Assembly: GCA_039811685.1 (NCBI GenBank)
Contig: JBDHZC010000001.1
Coordinates: 64,001 to 128,000 of the forward strand
DNA: 64,000 nucleotides
DNA from: Armatimonadota bacterium
GTDB lineage: Bacteria; Armatimonadota; UBA5829; DSUL01
Direction of reading: 5' to 3'
Shown here: positions 27,799-38,176 of the stretch, piece after piece
Layout of the letters: each line of letters opens with the position of its first letter
Numbering within the stretch: position 1 is the stretch's first letter
The notes under the pieces: model-generated
Database searches by the model: none
What the model was told of the DNA's origin: nothing
What the model saw: only the letters and a program-made list of their open reading frames with translations
Position numbers and translations under genes: made by a program

Positions 27799-28701
27799 TT
27801 GCAAGAGTTCCTTCAGCAACTGATCAACGGTGTTGTGTGGGGTAGTGCGTATGCCCTGATTGCGCTTGGCTACACCATGGTCTATGGAATTTTGCGGCTC
27901 ATTAACTTCGCGCATGGCGATGTGTATATGATGGGCGCTTATGTCGCGTACTTCATCGGGCTGGCTTTGGGTGCGTCTGCGACTCACACGCTGATGGGTG
28001 GTGCGTTGATTCTGGCAGGCGCTATGGCCGGCAGTGCTGTTCTCGGCTTTTGCATTGAGCGCTTCATCTACCGTCCGCTGAGTTCAGCGCCGCGCCTCAC
28101 ATTGCTCATAGCCGCCATTGGCGTGTCACTGTTCCTGGAGTATTTCGCCCAGCTTCAGTTTGGCTCCGAACCGCGTCTATTTCCTCAGTTTCTGCGTCAG
28201 GAAACCGTATTCCAGATGGGCCGGGTAACACTGAGCAACCAGCAGGCGCTGGTTGTGATCGTGTCGATACTACTTGGTCTCGGGCTGCAGTACATCGTGC
28301 ATCTGACCAGTATCGGCCGGGCTATGCGAGCGGTCAGCTTCGACAGAGAGGCGGCAGCGCTGATGGGTATCTCGGTCAACACTGTGGTCTCCTTTACGTT
28401 TGTTCTCGGCTCCGCGCTTGCCGCCGCTGCTGCTGTACTCATCTCACTGAACAATCCGCAGATTCTCCCCTTTATGGGTATCCAGCCGGGGTTAAAGGCA
28501 TTTGTCGCGGCGGTCCTGGGCGGAATCGGGAATGTCTGGGGGGCTATTGCCGGTGGACTGTTGATGGGCATTGCGGAAACCATGGTTGTGGGATATGGGC
28601 AGTCGAGCTGGCGTGACGGCATTGTCTTTGCCATTTTGATTGTGGTGCTGCTCGTCAAACCAACCGGGTTGTTCGGATCACCGGTAACGGACAGGGCTTG
28701 A
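27799..28701 (+). CDS. livH: branched-chain amino acid ABC permease
   Basis: YALIALGYTMVYGILRLINFAHG, GRAMRA, KAFVAAVLGGIG. Confidence 0.93.
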   Translation: MQEFLQQLINGVVWGSAYALIALGYTMVYGILRLINFAHGDVYMMGAYVAYFIGLALGASATHTLMGGALILAGAMAGSAVLGFCIERFIYRPLSSAPRLTLLIAAIGVSLFLEYFAQLQFGSEPRLFPQFLRQETVFQMGRVTLSNQQALVVIVSILLGLGLQYIVHLTSIGRAMRAVSFDREAAALMGISVNTVVSFTFVLGSALAAAAAVLISLNNPQILPFMGIQPGLKAFVAAVLGGIGNVWGAIAGGLLMGIAETMVVGYGQSSWRDGIVFAILIVVLLVKPTGLFGSPVTDRA

Positions 28702-28702
28702 G

Positions 28703-29698
28703 GTGATCTTCCGCCGCCTCCTCAAGATTGCGGTAACTGTGGCGTTACTGGCAGGCGTGGAGTACCTGCTCCTCAACTATGTAGACCGCTATGTAGCCAG
28801 AATTGCCAACCTCTGCTGCTTCTCCGTTATGCTCGCTGTAAGCCTGAATATTATCAACGGCTACGCGGGGCAGTTTTCGCTGGGGCATGCCGGCTTTTAC
28901 GCTGTTGGAGCGTATTCTGGAGGCGCTCTCACGCAGTACGCCGGGCCGAGTCTGCTGCATGTGTTCGGAATGGGAGCTACTCCGCTCGGGAATGCTGCGC
29001 TCCTTCTTGCGGCGGCTTGTGTTGGCGCGGTGTGTGCTGCTGCTGCGGGGTTGATTGTCGGGATACCAGCGCTGCGGCTGAAAGGTGATTACCTCGCCAT
29101 TGCAACGCTCGGTTTCAACGAGATGATTCGCGTTCTAATTCTCAACGTGCCGGCCCTGGGAGGTGCAACTGGCTTTCTGCTAAGCACCCGGGCCAGCATC
29201 GATTTCTTTAGTCTTGGACTCTTCACAGTCGCAATTGTCTGGTTGTCCAGAAATCTTCTGAACTCGCGTCAGGGGAGAGCGCTGCAGGCTCTGAGGGATG
29301 ATGAAACGGCAGCGTCGGTGCTCGGCATCAACGTGACTCAAACCAAAGTGATGGCTTTTGTCCTTAGCTCTGCGATGGCGGGTTGCGCGGGTGCGCTCTA
29401 TTCGCAGTACGATGGCTTTCTTCAGCCGGATTCGTTCAACTTCATCCGCAGCATTGAGATCATCATTATGGTTGTCGTCGGTGGACTGGGCTCGACAACA
29501 GGCGCGGTTATTGCGGCGATCGTTCTGACTGTGCTGCCAGAGACTCTGCGGGGTCTGGCGGACTATCGGATGGTTATCTATTCAACCTTGCTGATACTGA
29601 CAGTACTTGTTCGGCCGCAGGGATTGTTGGGAACATCGGAGTTCAGCTGGTCGGGATTGCGCCTGCGCCGAAAGGAGGCTGAAGGTGGCCTCTCTTGA
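28703..29698 (+). CDS. livM: branched-chain amino acid ABC permease
   Basis: GYAGQFSLGHAGF, LRLKGDYLAIATLG, GGLGS. Confidence 0.92.
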   Translation: MIFRRLLKIAVTVALLAGVEYLLLNYVDRYVARIANLCCFSVMLAVSLNIINGYAGQFSLGHAGFYAVGAYSGGALTQYAGPSLLHVFGMGATPLGNAALLLAAACVGAVCAAAAGLIVGIPALRLKGDYLAIATLGFNEMIRVLILNVPALGGATGFLLSTRASIDFFSLGLFTVAIVWLSRNLLNSRQGRALQALRDDETAASVLGINVTQTKVMAFVLSSAMAGCAGALYSQYDGFLQPDSFNFIRSIEIIIMVVVGGLGSTTGAVIAAIVLTVLPETLRGLADYRMVIYSTLLILTVLVRPQGLLGTSEFSWSGLRLRRKEAEGGLS

Positions 29699-30494
29699 GG
29701 TGAACGGCCTCACCAAGCGCTTCGGTGGGCTGACGGCAGTGGATGGCCTGAGTCTGAGCGTACCGGAGCACGGACTTGTGGGGCTGATAGGCCCGAACGG
29801 CGCGGGCAAGACAACCGCTTTCAACCTCATCACAGGGCTGTATACGCCTGATTCCGGAAGCGTTCGACTGGCGGGCAAAGAGCTCGCCGGCCTCCCGGCT
29901 CACGCTATCGCGCGCTCCGGAATCTGCCGGACGTTTCAGAATATCCGGCTTTTCAATTCACTCTCGGCGCTGGAGAACGTGCTCATTGGATCATATCTCC
30001 ATACGAATGGCAGCCTCTGGGATGCTCTCGTAGCTGGTTCCCGCCTGCACCGTGAAGAATCAGAGTTGTGGCAGCATGCGGTAGGAGTGATGAACACACT
30101 TGGCATAGCGCACTGGGCGAACGAACAGGCGCGCAACCTTCCCTACGGAGACCAGAGGCGCCTTGAGATAGCCCGGGCATTGGCTTCCGACCCTGTGCTT
30201 CTGCTTCTTGACGAGCCTGCTGCGGGCATGAACTCACAAGAGACGGCCGCCCTTATGAATCTCGTGAGAAGCTTGCGCGACGATCACGGCCTGAGTATTC
30301 TGCTGATTGAGCACGATATGCGGTTTGTCATGGGCATTTGTGAAACAATTTACGTCCTGGACTATGGAGTCGTTATCGCCAGCGGCTCACCGGAAGAGAT
30401 ACGGTCGAACCCGAAGGTCATCGAAGCCTATCTGGGGGAGGCGCCTGTTGTGAGCGTACAGGGTAGCGTCGAGAAGGACACTTCGTCGCCTTGA
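29685..30494 (+). CDS. livG: branched-chain amino acid ABC ATPase
   Basis: FGGL, GPNGAGKT, RTFQNIRLF, LPYGDQRRLEIARA, LDEPAAG; GTG after AAAGGAGG. Confidence 0.93.
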   Translation: MASLEVNGLTKRFGGLTAVDGLSLSVPEHGLVGLIGPNGAGKTTAFNLITGLYTPDSGSVRLAGKELAGLPAHAIARSGICRTFQNIRLFNSLSALENVLIGSYLHTNGSLWDALVAGSRLHREESELWQHAVGVMNTLGIAHWANEQARNLPYGDQRRLEIARALASDPVLLLLDEPAAGMNSQETAALMNLVRSLRDDHGLSILLIEHDMRFVMGICETIYVLDYGVVIASGSPEEIRSNPKVIEAYLGEAPVVSVQGSVEKDTSSP

Positions 30495-31198
30495 TCCTTC
30501 GTCTACAGGAAATCAATGTTTACTACAGTGCTATTCATGCGCTGAAGAACTTGTCGCTGGAGGTGGAAGCCGGAGAGATCGTCACGCTGATCGGGGCCAA
30601 TGGCGCTGGAAAGAGCACGGCTCTCAAGGCAATCAGTGGGCTGGTCCGGCCAAAGACCGGCCTGATCGAATATCAGGGGCAAAACATCACCCGTCTGTCG
30701 CCAGAAGCAATAGTCCGCACAGGAATCAGCCACGTTCCCGAGGGACGGCGCGTTTTTTCCAATCTGACAGTGCGCGAAAACCTTCAGCTTGGAGCGTTTA
30801 CAGTCAAAGATCAGGGCCAGGTGGCCTCTTCAATCGAGCGGGTTCTCACCACTTTCCCGCGCCTCAAGGAGAGGTTGGGACAGTACGGTGGCACACTCTC
30901 AGGCGGTGAGCAGCAGATGCTGGCAATTGGCCGCGCACTGATGGTCAGACCGAAGCTGCTGATTCTCGATGAACCGTCTCTGGGACTTGCGCCCTTTCTC
31001 GTCTCTGAAATCTTCAACATCATCAGACTCATCAACTCCGAAGGCACGTCGATCCTTCTGGTTGAGCAAAACGCTCATCTGGCGCTCGGAGTCGCTCAGC
31101 GTGGCTATGTCATGGAGACGGGCAGAGTAGTACTGGCCTCATCTTCAGACAAACTGCTCAACAACGAAGAGGTCCGCAAAGCCTATCTCGGGGAGTAG
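30491..31198 (+). CDS. livF: branched-chain amino acid ABC ATPase
   Basis: GANGAGKS, VPEGRRVF, LSGGEQQM, LDEPSLGLAP, VEQNA. Confidence 0.94.
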   Translation: MILRLQEINVYYSAIHALKNLSLEVEAGEIVTLIGANGAGKSTALKAISGLVRPKTGLIEYQGQNITRLSPEAIVRTGISHVPEGRRVFSNLTVRENLQLGAFTVKDQGQVASSIERVLTTFPRLKERLGQYGGTLSGGEQQMLAIGRALMVRPKLLILDEPSLGLAPFLVSEIFNIIRLINSEGTSILLVEQNAHLALGVAQRGYVMETGRVVLASSSDKLLNNEEVRKAYLGE

Positions 31199-31627
31199 GG
31201 CCTCTTGAGAGACATCATTCGGCAGTGTTGTCTTCGGCGTTTCTGTTCTCGCAGAGTCAGTCTTATTTATTGGTAGGTTCTCAGAAGTGCCTCGTCCTCC
31301 GTGCTATTCTATGGCTGGTTTTTCTCGATGGGTGAGTGACTCTGTTGCGCTTTGCTCTTCAGAAAGCGTCCGGCTTTGCCGATATCAAGGCTGAGATTGG
31401 AGCGAGGTCTTCGGTGGGATTCGCCAGACTGCTGAAAACTCGATCTTCTCAACCGACAAGCGATCACGTTGTGCAGCGCACAGCGTGGCCATATCCTCCT
31501 TTCGTTCAATGAGGCTGTCGGGCGGCGAAGCCGTCCGGCAGCCCTGTTCTTTTCACCAGCCTTTCTCGAGACTATAATGGAGCTGACGCTCTGGCACATC
31601 ACGCGCTGACGTCGGGCTCCATTCTTT

Positions 31628-34291
31628 ATGAAAACGACGACTGCTCTTTACCCTCCTTCACTTCTCCAAATCGCTCACGCCAATATTGCGTCCTATTCCT
31701 GGGCGACGGAGATTTGTGAGCGAGCGGTCCAGGAAGCTCTGCCCTGGGCGCAAATGTCCGATGACGAGCTCTGGGCGCTGCCATTTGCGCCGTCCATGGA
31801 GCGCTCATGGATGGTTTGGTCAGACGGGTTCTGTCCAGCCTGCAGGGCGTCTGTCCCCATGTACTCGTGGGAAATAAACGCGCTGCAGCTGCCCTGGAAG
31901 GTGCGTTGTCCCCATTGCCAGTGTCTGTTTCCCACCAACGACTTCTGCGCCTATTACAAGTCCGGCATAGGTCCAGACGGGCTATTTGCGAAATCGCGTG
32001 CGAACCAGGACTTGCTCTTTAACGGGCACCATCTGAATCTCTCAGACCCGTGGCGCTCGTTTGGTGTTGATGACGGCTGCGGGTATTCAGACGCAGAAGG
32101 TCACTGCTGGAGGTTTGTCGGAACCTATCTGGTCTACGGTCAATGGAAGCAACTTATTGTCGGGGGGCTTCGCAAACTCAGTGAGGCGTGGCTGTTGACT
32201 GAGGATCGGCTTTACGCTCACAAAGCAGCCGTACTTCTCGATCGCGTGGCCGATCTGTATCCGCTTTACGACTTTCGCGCGCAGGGGATTCTGTACGAAG
32301 GACGCCACGAAGGGTCTGGCTACGTGTCGAACTGGCACGACGCTTGTGAAGAGACGCAGGATCTGGCTCTGGCCTATGACGCAATATCCGATGGCATCGC
32401 CGGAGATACCGATCTCTTGAGCTTCCTCGCGTCCAAACAGCCTCTGGGGAAAAACAGGATTGAAGATGTCCACCGCAACATTCAAGACAACATTCTACGT
32501 GACGCTTTGGCCCACCCGGAGAAGATACGCTCGAATTGGCCTGCCAGGCAGATTGCAGAGTGTCTGATACTGACAGCACTGAGTTGGCCGGAAAACCGGG
32601 AAGAGGTCATAGACCGGATTGACGACGTCGTGCGCATGGGGACCGAAGTTGATGGGTTGACCGGTGAGAAAGGCCTGAGCGCCTACAGCACTCTCGCGCC
32701 CCAGCGTGTCGCGGCGCTCCTCGGCCGCTACAGCCGTATCGAACCTGACTTTTTGAGACAGATCTTCGCGCGTCATCCGCGCCTGCACGACATGTGCCGT
32801 TTCTACATTGACACACATTGTCTTCACAGTTACTATCCACATTCTGGAGACGGAGGAGTCTTTGCGCAGAAGGACGAGAAATATCTCGGAGTCTCTTTGC
32901 CTAAACAAGGCGGTACCGAGCCGTCGGGCTGGCAGTTTTTGTATGAAATGTATCGCCTGACCGGAGATGTCGCGCTCGCCCAGACTCTCTACAGAGAGAA
33001 TGGACATTCCACAAGAGGCCTGCCTTACGACCTGTTTTGTATTGACGCGCCGGCGATCCAGCAGGATATCGAGAAGAGCGTCAGGCGGTGGGGCGGAGAG
33101 TGCCGCCCTGCCAGTGTCAACAAAGAGGAGTGGGCGCTGGCAATTCTGCGCTCAGGTGAAGCGGAGAACGCGCGGGCACTCTGGCTGGACTACGACTCCG
33201 GTGGCAGCCATGGCCATGCGGACGCTCTGACTCTGGGCCTTTTCGCCAGAGGGCTCGATCTCATGCCGGATTTCGGCTATCCACCTGTGCAGTACGGCGG
33301 ATGGGAATCGGAAAAGGCGCTGTGGTACAGGCAAAGCGCTGCGCACAACACTGTAGTTGTTGACCAAACCGATCATCGTCCTGCCAGGGGAGTGACAACG
33401 CTGTGGGCTACCGGCAGCCTTATCAGTGTTGTGAGCGCCTCTGTCCCCGAAGCTCTCGACGTGACTGAGCCAAACGCCGTTTTTGAACGCACTGCTCTCC
33501 TGATAGATATTTCGCCACAGGACTTCTATGTTTTCGACCTCTTTCACGTGCGTGGCGGAACCCGGCATTGCAGAATGATTCGCAGTCACTTCGGACATGT
33601 GTGCAGTGAAGGTTTGTCGCTTGCGCCCTCCGCGCCGCCCTGGACACATACGCAGAGCAGAGAAGTCCGCGCAGACACGAATCCCAGTCCCATTTGGAGC
33701 GTGGAGTGGGACGTAGAAGACCGCTATGGTTACCTGCCGCGCGAAACGCGCGTGCGTCTGCGGTATACCGACTGCTCGGCGGTGGGTGGCGTAACGGTCT
33801 ACACAGCGCAGGATTGGGTGTCCGCAGGGAATTTTGGCTCCTCAGACCAGGCCTGGATTCCGTCTGTTGTGACCTGCCGCGAATCCAGAGCTGATATGAC
33901 TACGTTTGCTGCTGTCATTGAGCCATACGGGACGCAGCGTCAGGTTGCCGGTATCTCACTGGTTTTACTTCCCCCCGAAGCTGCAAAACGCGGCGCGATC
34001 TGCGTGCGCGTTGCGCTCCAGAGCGGGGAAGAAGATATTATCGCGTTTGCCGGCCCGACAGGTGAGTCTTTTCTGGATGTTCCGGAGCTTGGACTCATCC
34101 TTGAAGGCCGCGGATGCTGGATACGCCGTCACCACAACGCGGTAAGGAGTGTAGCGGTGTTCCATGCGCTGCGCGTCAGCGTGCCGAATTTCGACCTGCG
34201 ATTGCTGGACTCGGAAGAGTTTATTGAGATCTGTGATGGCGTGGTGGTGTCGGGGAATCCAGAGTCGGTATCGGACCTGCAAATCGGTTGA
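31628..34291 (+). CDS. heparinase II/III-like polysaccharide lyase family protein
   Basis: Helical N-terminal region, HGHADAL..DFGY and AHNTVVVD motifs; CPAC..CPHC near the N-terminus; no signal peptide. Confidence 0.75.
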   Translation: MKTTTALYPPSLLQIAHANIASYSWATEICERAVQEALPWAQMSDDELWALPFAPSMERSWMVWSDGFCPACRASVPMYSWEINALQLPWKVRCPHCQCLFPTNDFCAYYKSGIGPDGLFAKSRANQDLLFNGHHLNLSDPWRSFGVDDGCGYSDAEGHCWRFVGTYLVYGQWKQLIVGGLRKLSEAWLLTEDRLYAHKAAVLLDRVADLYPLYDFRAQGILYEGRHEGSGYVSNWHDACEETQDLALAYDAISDGIAGDTDLLSFLASKQPLGKNRIEDVHRNIQDNILRDALAHPEKIRSNWPARQIAECLILTALSWPENREEVIDRIDDVVRMGTEVDGLTGEKGLSAYSTLAPQRVAALLGRYSRIEPDFLRQIFARHPRLHDMCRFYIDTHCLHSYYPHSGDGGVFAQKDEKYLGVSLPKQGGTEPSGWQFLYEMYRLTGDVALAQTLYRENGHSTRGLPYDLFCIDAPAIQQDIEKSVRRWGGECRPASVNKEEWALAILRSGEAENARALWLDYDSGGSHGHADALTLGLFARGLDLMPDFGYPPVQYGGWESEKALWYRQSAAHNTVVVDQTDHRPARGVTTLWATGSLISVVSASVPEALDVTEPNAVFERTALLIDISPQDFYVFDLFHVRGGTRHCRMIRSHFGHVCSEGLSLAPSAPPWTHTQSREVRADTNPSPIWSVEWDVEDRYGYLPRETRVRLRYTDCSAVGGVTVYTAQDWVSAGNFGSSDQAWIPSVVTCRESRADMTTFAAVIEPYGTQRQVAGISLVLLPPEAAKRGAICVRVALQSGEEDIIAFAGPTGESFLDVPELGLILEGRGCWIRRHHNAVRSVAVFHALRVSVPNFDLRLLDSEEFIEICDGVVVSGNPESVSDLQIG

Positions 34292-34421
34292 AGTGTAGCG
34301 CGCTTCCTTCTCACCGTCACAGCTACTGCGCCAGGGGAAGGACGTTCGCTTGCATCTGGCAGGAAAATAGCGCTCCCGCGGCGCAGGCTAAAGCAGCAAA
34401 ACTCATCCACAGGAGAGAATT

Positions 34422-36320
34422 TTGAACAGTTATTACCCTGGCAATCGCAAACCCCTCCCACAGACAGCTTTCACTTCTTTGCCGCTTGGCAGCGTTATGC
34501 CGGAAGGGTGGTTGAAGCGCCAGCTTCGCATCCAGGCGGACGGCCAGTCCGGACATCTCCCTGAGTTCTGGGAGTCTCTGGGACCGAACAGCGGTTGGCG
34601 AGGCGGTACGGGAGAGAGCTGGGAACGCGGTCCGTACTATCTGGATGGCTTCCTCCCGCTCGCCTACCTTCTGGGTGACGACAAAATGAAGAAGCAGGCG
34701 CAGGAGTGGATTGACTGGGCGCTGGAGAGCCAGGACGCTTTCGGGCACTTCGGCCCTAAAGGTGGACGGGTGGACTGGTGGCCGTTCGCAATAATCCTCA
34801 AGGTGTTGACTCAGTACTGGGACGTGTCTCACGACGAGAGAGTTATCACGCTCATGCGTCGCTTCTTCCGGTATATGAAGAACGAACTACCGGCCATCCA
34901 TCTGCATTCCTGGGCGATTGTGCGCTGGGCGGACATGGCGCTGTCGATTCTCTGGCTCTACAACCGAACTGGAGACTCCGAGCTGTTAGAGCTGGCAGAA
35001 ATGGTCCGAGCGCAGGGATACGACTGGAGCTGGCACTTCCATGACTTCGGCCATACTGAAAAGCAGACACATCGCTTCGGGATGCGAACACACGTAGTGA
35101 ACAATGCGATGGGCGTGAAGGCGCCGGGTGTGCAGTGGGAGTTGACTGGTTGGCCAGAACACAGAGAAGGCGTAGCGGCGGCACTGGAGATGCTGGACAC
35201 CTATCACGGGACAGCGACCGGCCTTTTCACGGGCGATGAGCATTATGCGGGTAAGAATCCAACTCAGGGAACGGAGCTGTGCGCAGTCGTCGAATACATG
35301 TTCTCGCTGGAGAATCTCATCAGTATCTTTGGGGAGTCCACGTGGGACAAACTGCCGGACCGGATGCTTTTTGGCGATCGATTGGAGCGAATAGCTTACA
35401 ACTCTTTGCCCGGGACCTTTGACGAGACGATGTGGGCACATCAGTACGATCAGCAGGCCAATCAGGTCCTGTGCACGCTTCATCCCCGAGAGTGGGCGTA
35501 CAATGGGCCAGACTCCAACCTGTTCGGATTGGAGCCAAACTACGGCTGCTGCACGGCTAATTTTCACCAGGGTTGGCCAAAGCTGGTAGCGCATCTCTGG
35601 ATGGCAACGCCCGATGACGGTCTTGTGGCGGTAGCCTACGGACCGTCCACTGTGAGCGCAAGGGTACGCGGTGGCCAGACTGTAACACTGATCGAAGAGA
35701 CCGACTATCCCTTCGACGAGACCATCCGCATACGTGTGAGCGCTTCGCAGGAAGTGGAGTTTCCGCTGCTTCTCCGCATACCCCGATGGACGAACGAGGC
35801 CAGGCTGAGCGTCAATGGGCAGGACGCCGCAATCGGCTCAGGCCCTTATGCGCGCCTTGAGCGAAAATGGTCAGATGGTGACGTCATTGAGCTGGCGCTT
35901 CCGATGGCTATTGAGGTCGAGCGGCGTTATCGGGATTCGGTCACGCTCAAGCGAGGCCCGCTTGTGTATTCGCTGAAAATCGGGGAGCGCTGGGAGCGGG
36001 TTAGCGGTGTGGACGAATGTCCGGACTACGCAGTTTATCCGACGACTCCCTGGAATTATGGGCTGGCCATTGATCCTGAGAACCCAGACGTGGAAGTTGT
36101 GAAGCGCAGTGTGGGAGATGTCGTCTTCGGGCCGGACAAGGCGCCTGTTGAGCTGAGAGTCAAAGGGCGCAGGTTGCCAGAGTGGGAATTGGTCAACGAG
36201 CAGGCAGGACTTCTGCCGCAGAGTCCAGTGAGCTCGGAAGAGCCTCTTGAAGAGCTGACGCTCATTCCATACGGGTGCGCAAAGCTGCGCGTCACGGAGT
36301 TTCCACTCCTGGACAAATAG
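34422..36320 (+). CDS. GH127/GH146-like beta-L-arabinofuranosidase
   Basis: PEGWL, WERGPY, HVVN, TELCAVVE, LERIAYN, GCCTAN, ETDYPF, LRIP, RGPLVY, LIPYG. Confidence 0.88.
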   Translation: MNSYYPGNRKPLPQTAFTSLPLGSVMPEGWLKRQLRIQADGQSGHLPEFWESLGPNSGWRGGTGESWERGPYYLDGFLPLAYLLGDDKMKKQAQEWIDWALESQDAFGHFGPKGGRVDWWPFAIILKVLTQYWDVSHDERVITLMRRFFRYMKNELPAIHLHSWAIVRWADMALSILWLYNRTGDSELLELAEMVRAQGYDWSWHFHDFGHTEKQTHRFGMRTHVVNNAMGVKAPGVQWELTGWPEHREGVAAALEMLDTYHGTATGLFTGDEHYAGKNPTQGTELCAVVEYMFSLENLISIFGESTWDKLPDRMLFGDRLERIAYNSLPGTFDETMWAHQYDQQANQVLCTLHPREWAYNGPDSNLFGLEPNYGCCTANFHQGWPKLVAHLWMATPDDGLVAVAYGPSTVSARVRGGQTVTLIEETDYPFDETIRIRVSASQEVEFPLLLRIPRWTNEARLSVNGQDAAIGSGPYARLERKWSDGDVIELALPMAIEVERRYRDSVTLKRGPLVYSLKIGERWERVSGVDECPDYAVYPTTPWNYGLAIDPENPDVEVVKRSVGDVVFGPDKAPVELRVKGRRLPEWELVNEQAGLLPQSPVSSEEPLEELTLIPYGCAKLRVTEFPLLDK

Positions 36321-36403
36321 GACAGCGTTCGTAGCGTACGGATTGAAACGGGGCTCGGGAACGTCCGGGCCTTTGGACAGGCGTTTTGGAAAGGAGACTA
36401 CAA

Positions 36404-37051
36404 ATGGCGACGGCAGTATCATCCAGAAGCAGTGGCATTCGAGAGCCCTTCGCGGCGCTGTCTCACCTTTTTGGAGCCGGGCTGGGTGTGGTTGGGCTTG
36501 TCGCTTTGCTTGTGAGCGCTGAGGGTCCCTGGCGGATTGTCAGCTATAGCCTCTACGGCGCCTGCCTGATTCTGTTGTACACGATGAGCGCTGCCTACCA
36601 CAGCTTTTGGCGCGCGACAGACCTCCTCAAGCGCCTGGACCACGCCTCAATTTATCTGCTGATAGCGGGCACTTACATTCCAGTGTGCCTTATATCGCTA
36701 CGCGGTCCGTGGGGCTGGGCGCTGTTTGGGGTTGAAGCTGGGCTGGCTCTGCTGGGCGTTACAATTGCGCTGGCGTGGCGCTCGCAGCCAGCCTGGGTTC
36801 GCATGGTTATCTACATTGTTATGGGGTGGCTCGCCATTATCGCCATTGCGCCACTGAGCCGCGCTTTGCCTGTGCCGGCAGTGTGGTTGCTGGTAGGCGG
36901 GGGAGTGACCTACACCATCGGCGCTGTGATATTCGCCCTGGATCGCCCACATTTGTGGCCGGGTCGCTTCAGCGCCCACGATCTGTGGCACATCTTTGTC
37001 CTTGGCGGCAGCGTCTGTCATTTCGCCGCAATTCTTCTCTACACAACATAG
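36404..37051 (+). CDS. hemolysin III / PAQR (TrhA-like) membrane protein
   Basis: REP..ALSH, SAAYH, RLDHASIYLLIAGTY, HDLWHIFV; AAGGAG RBS. Confidence 0.92.
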   Translation: MATAVSSRSSGIREPFAALSHLFGAGLGVVGLVALLVSAEGPWRIVSYSLYGACLILLYTMSAAYHSFWRATDLLKRLDHASIYLLIAGTYIPVCLISLRGPWGWALFGVEAGLALLGVTIALAWRSQPAWVRMVIYIVMGWLAIIAIAPLSRALPVPAVWLLVGGGVTYTIGAVIFALDRPHLWPGRFSAHDLWHIFVLGGSVCHFAAILLYTT

Positions 37052-37177
37052 ACTCTCCAAAAAAAAAGCGCCTGCATTATTCAGACAGGGAAGACGGTCT
37101 GCAACGGAGAACTTTGCGCAGATGCGCGTGCGTTCACGGGTAAGCCGTAGCGTCGCCGCCTGTGGAGGATTTCCATT

Positions 37178-38137
37178 ATGCCGTCACCCACTCCCCGAGA
37201 GCGTTTCATCAGTGCTCTGGAGCGCAGACCGATCCAGGGTCGGGTCCCTCATTTTGAACTTGTCTTTTTCCTTACAATGGAGGCCTTCGGCAAGGTGCAC
37301 CCGTCCCACCGGTCGTACCATCAATGGGATCAGATGGGTGACAAAGAGCGTCAGTTGCACAGGCAGGATATGGCGCAGTTGTTTGTTGATACTGCGGAGC
37401 GCTTTGAGCACGATGCCATCTTTCTGCACCCGAATCCCGGCGGCCTGGATGAAATTATGCGGTTGCTGGACTGCGTGAAAGACATCGCTGGCGACCGTTA
37501 TTATCTGATGATTCACGGGGACGCAACTTACAGCATCCCCAATGGTGATCAGATGGTGGAGTTCAGCTACCGGATGGTGGATGACACTCAGGGCATGCTG
37601 GGTGACGCGCAGAGAATGGTGGACGAAGCGCTTGAGACTGCTCAGAAACTGCGAGAACATGGAGCGCTGGACGGCTTTGCGCTATGCGCTGACTACTGTC
37701 TCAATACAGGACCCTTCCTCAGTCCTTCTCAGTTTTCTGTATTTGTCGCCCCGTTTCTCAAACGCCTGGTGGCTGGCTACCGGGATCTTGGCTTTTACGT
37801 CATCAAACACACTGACGGCAACATTATGCCGATTGTTGACCAACTTGTTGACGCCAATCCACACGCGCTTCACTCCATTGATCCGCAGGCCAGAGTGGAC
37901 ATCGCCGAGGTCAAGCGTCTCTACGGGGACCGGGTGTGTCTTATCGGTAATGTAAATTGTGGCGCTCTGGACACTGGCACGGATGAGGAGGTCGTTGAGT
38001 CCGTCCGTTATGCGCTTCGAAGCGGGATGCCGGGCGGGGGGTACATCTTTTCGACAAGCAACTGCATTTACACCGGGATGCGGCTGGAGCGCTATGAACT
38101 GATGCAGAGCATCTGGCGCGCTGAGGGCAACTACTGA
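37178..38137 (+). CDS. uroporphyrinogen decarboxylase-like (URO-D/MtaA) family protein
   Basis: TPRERF, ADYC, KHTDGNI, LIGNV, GGGYIFSTSN. Confidence 0.85.
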   Translation: MPSPTPRERFISALERRPIQGRVPHFELVFFLTMEAFGKVHPSHRSYHQWDQMGDKERQLHRQDMAQLFVDTAERFEHDAIFLHPNPGGLDEIMRLLDCVKDIAGDRYYLMIHGDATYSIPNGDQMVEFSYRMVDDTQGMLGDAQRMVDEALETAQKLREHGALDGFALCADYCLNTGPFLSPSQFSVFVAPFLKRLVAGYRDLGFYVIKHTDGNIMPIVDQLVDANPHALHSIDPQARVDIAEVKRLYGDRVCLIGNVNCGALDTGTDEEVVESVRYALRSGMPGGGYIFSTSNCIYTGMRLERYELMQSIWRAEGNY

Positions 38138-38176
38138 CGGCAAGTCTACGCTGCCAGACCTAATACGCGGTGTGCT

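Noticed and set aside
31199..31627. 430-nt intergenic region as an ncRNA or small ORF
   Set aside because: Only short hairpins and a TATAAT box; no recognisable RNA family or credible ORF
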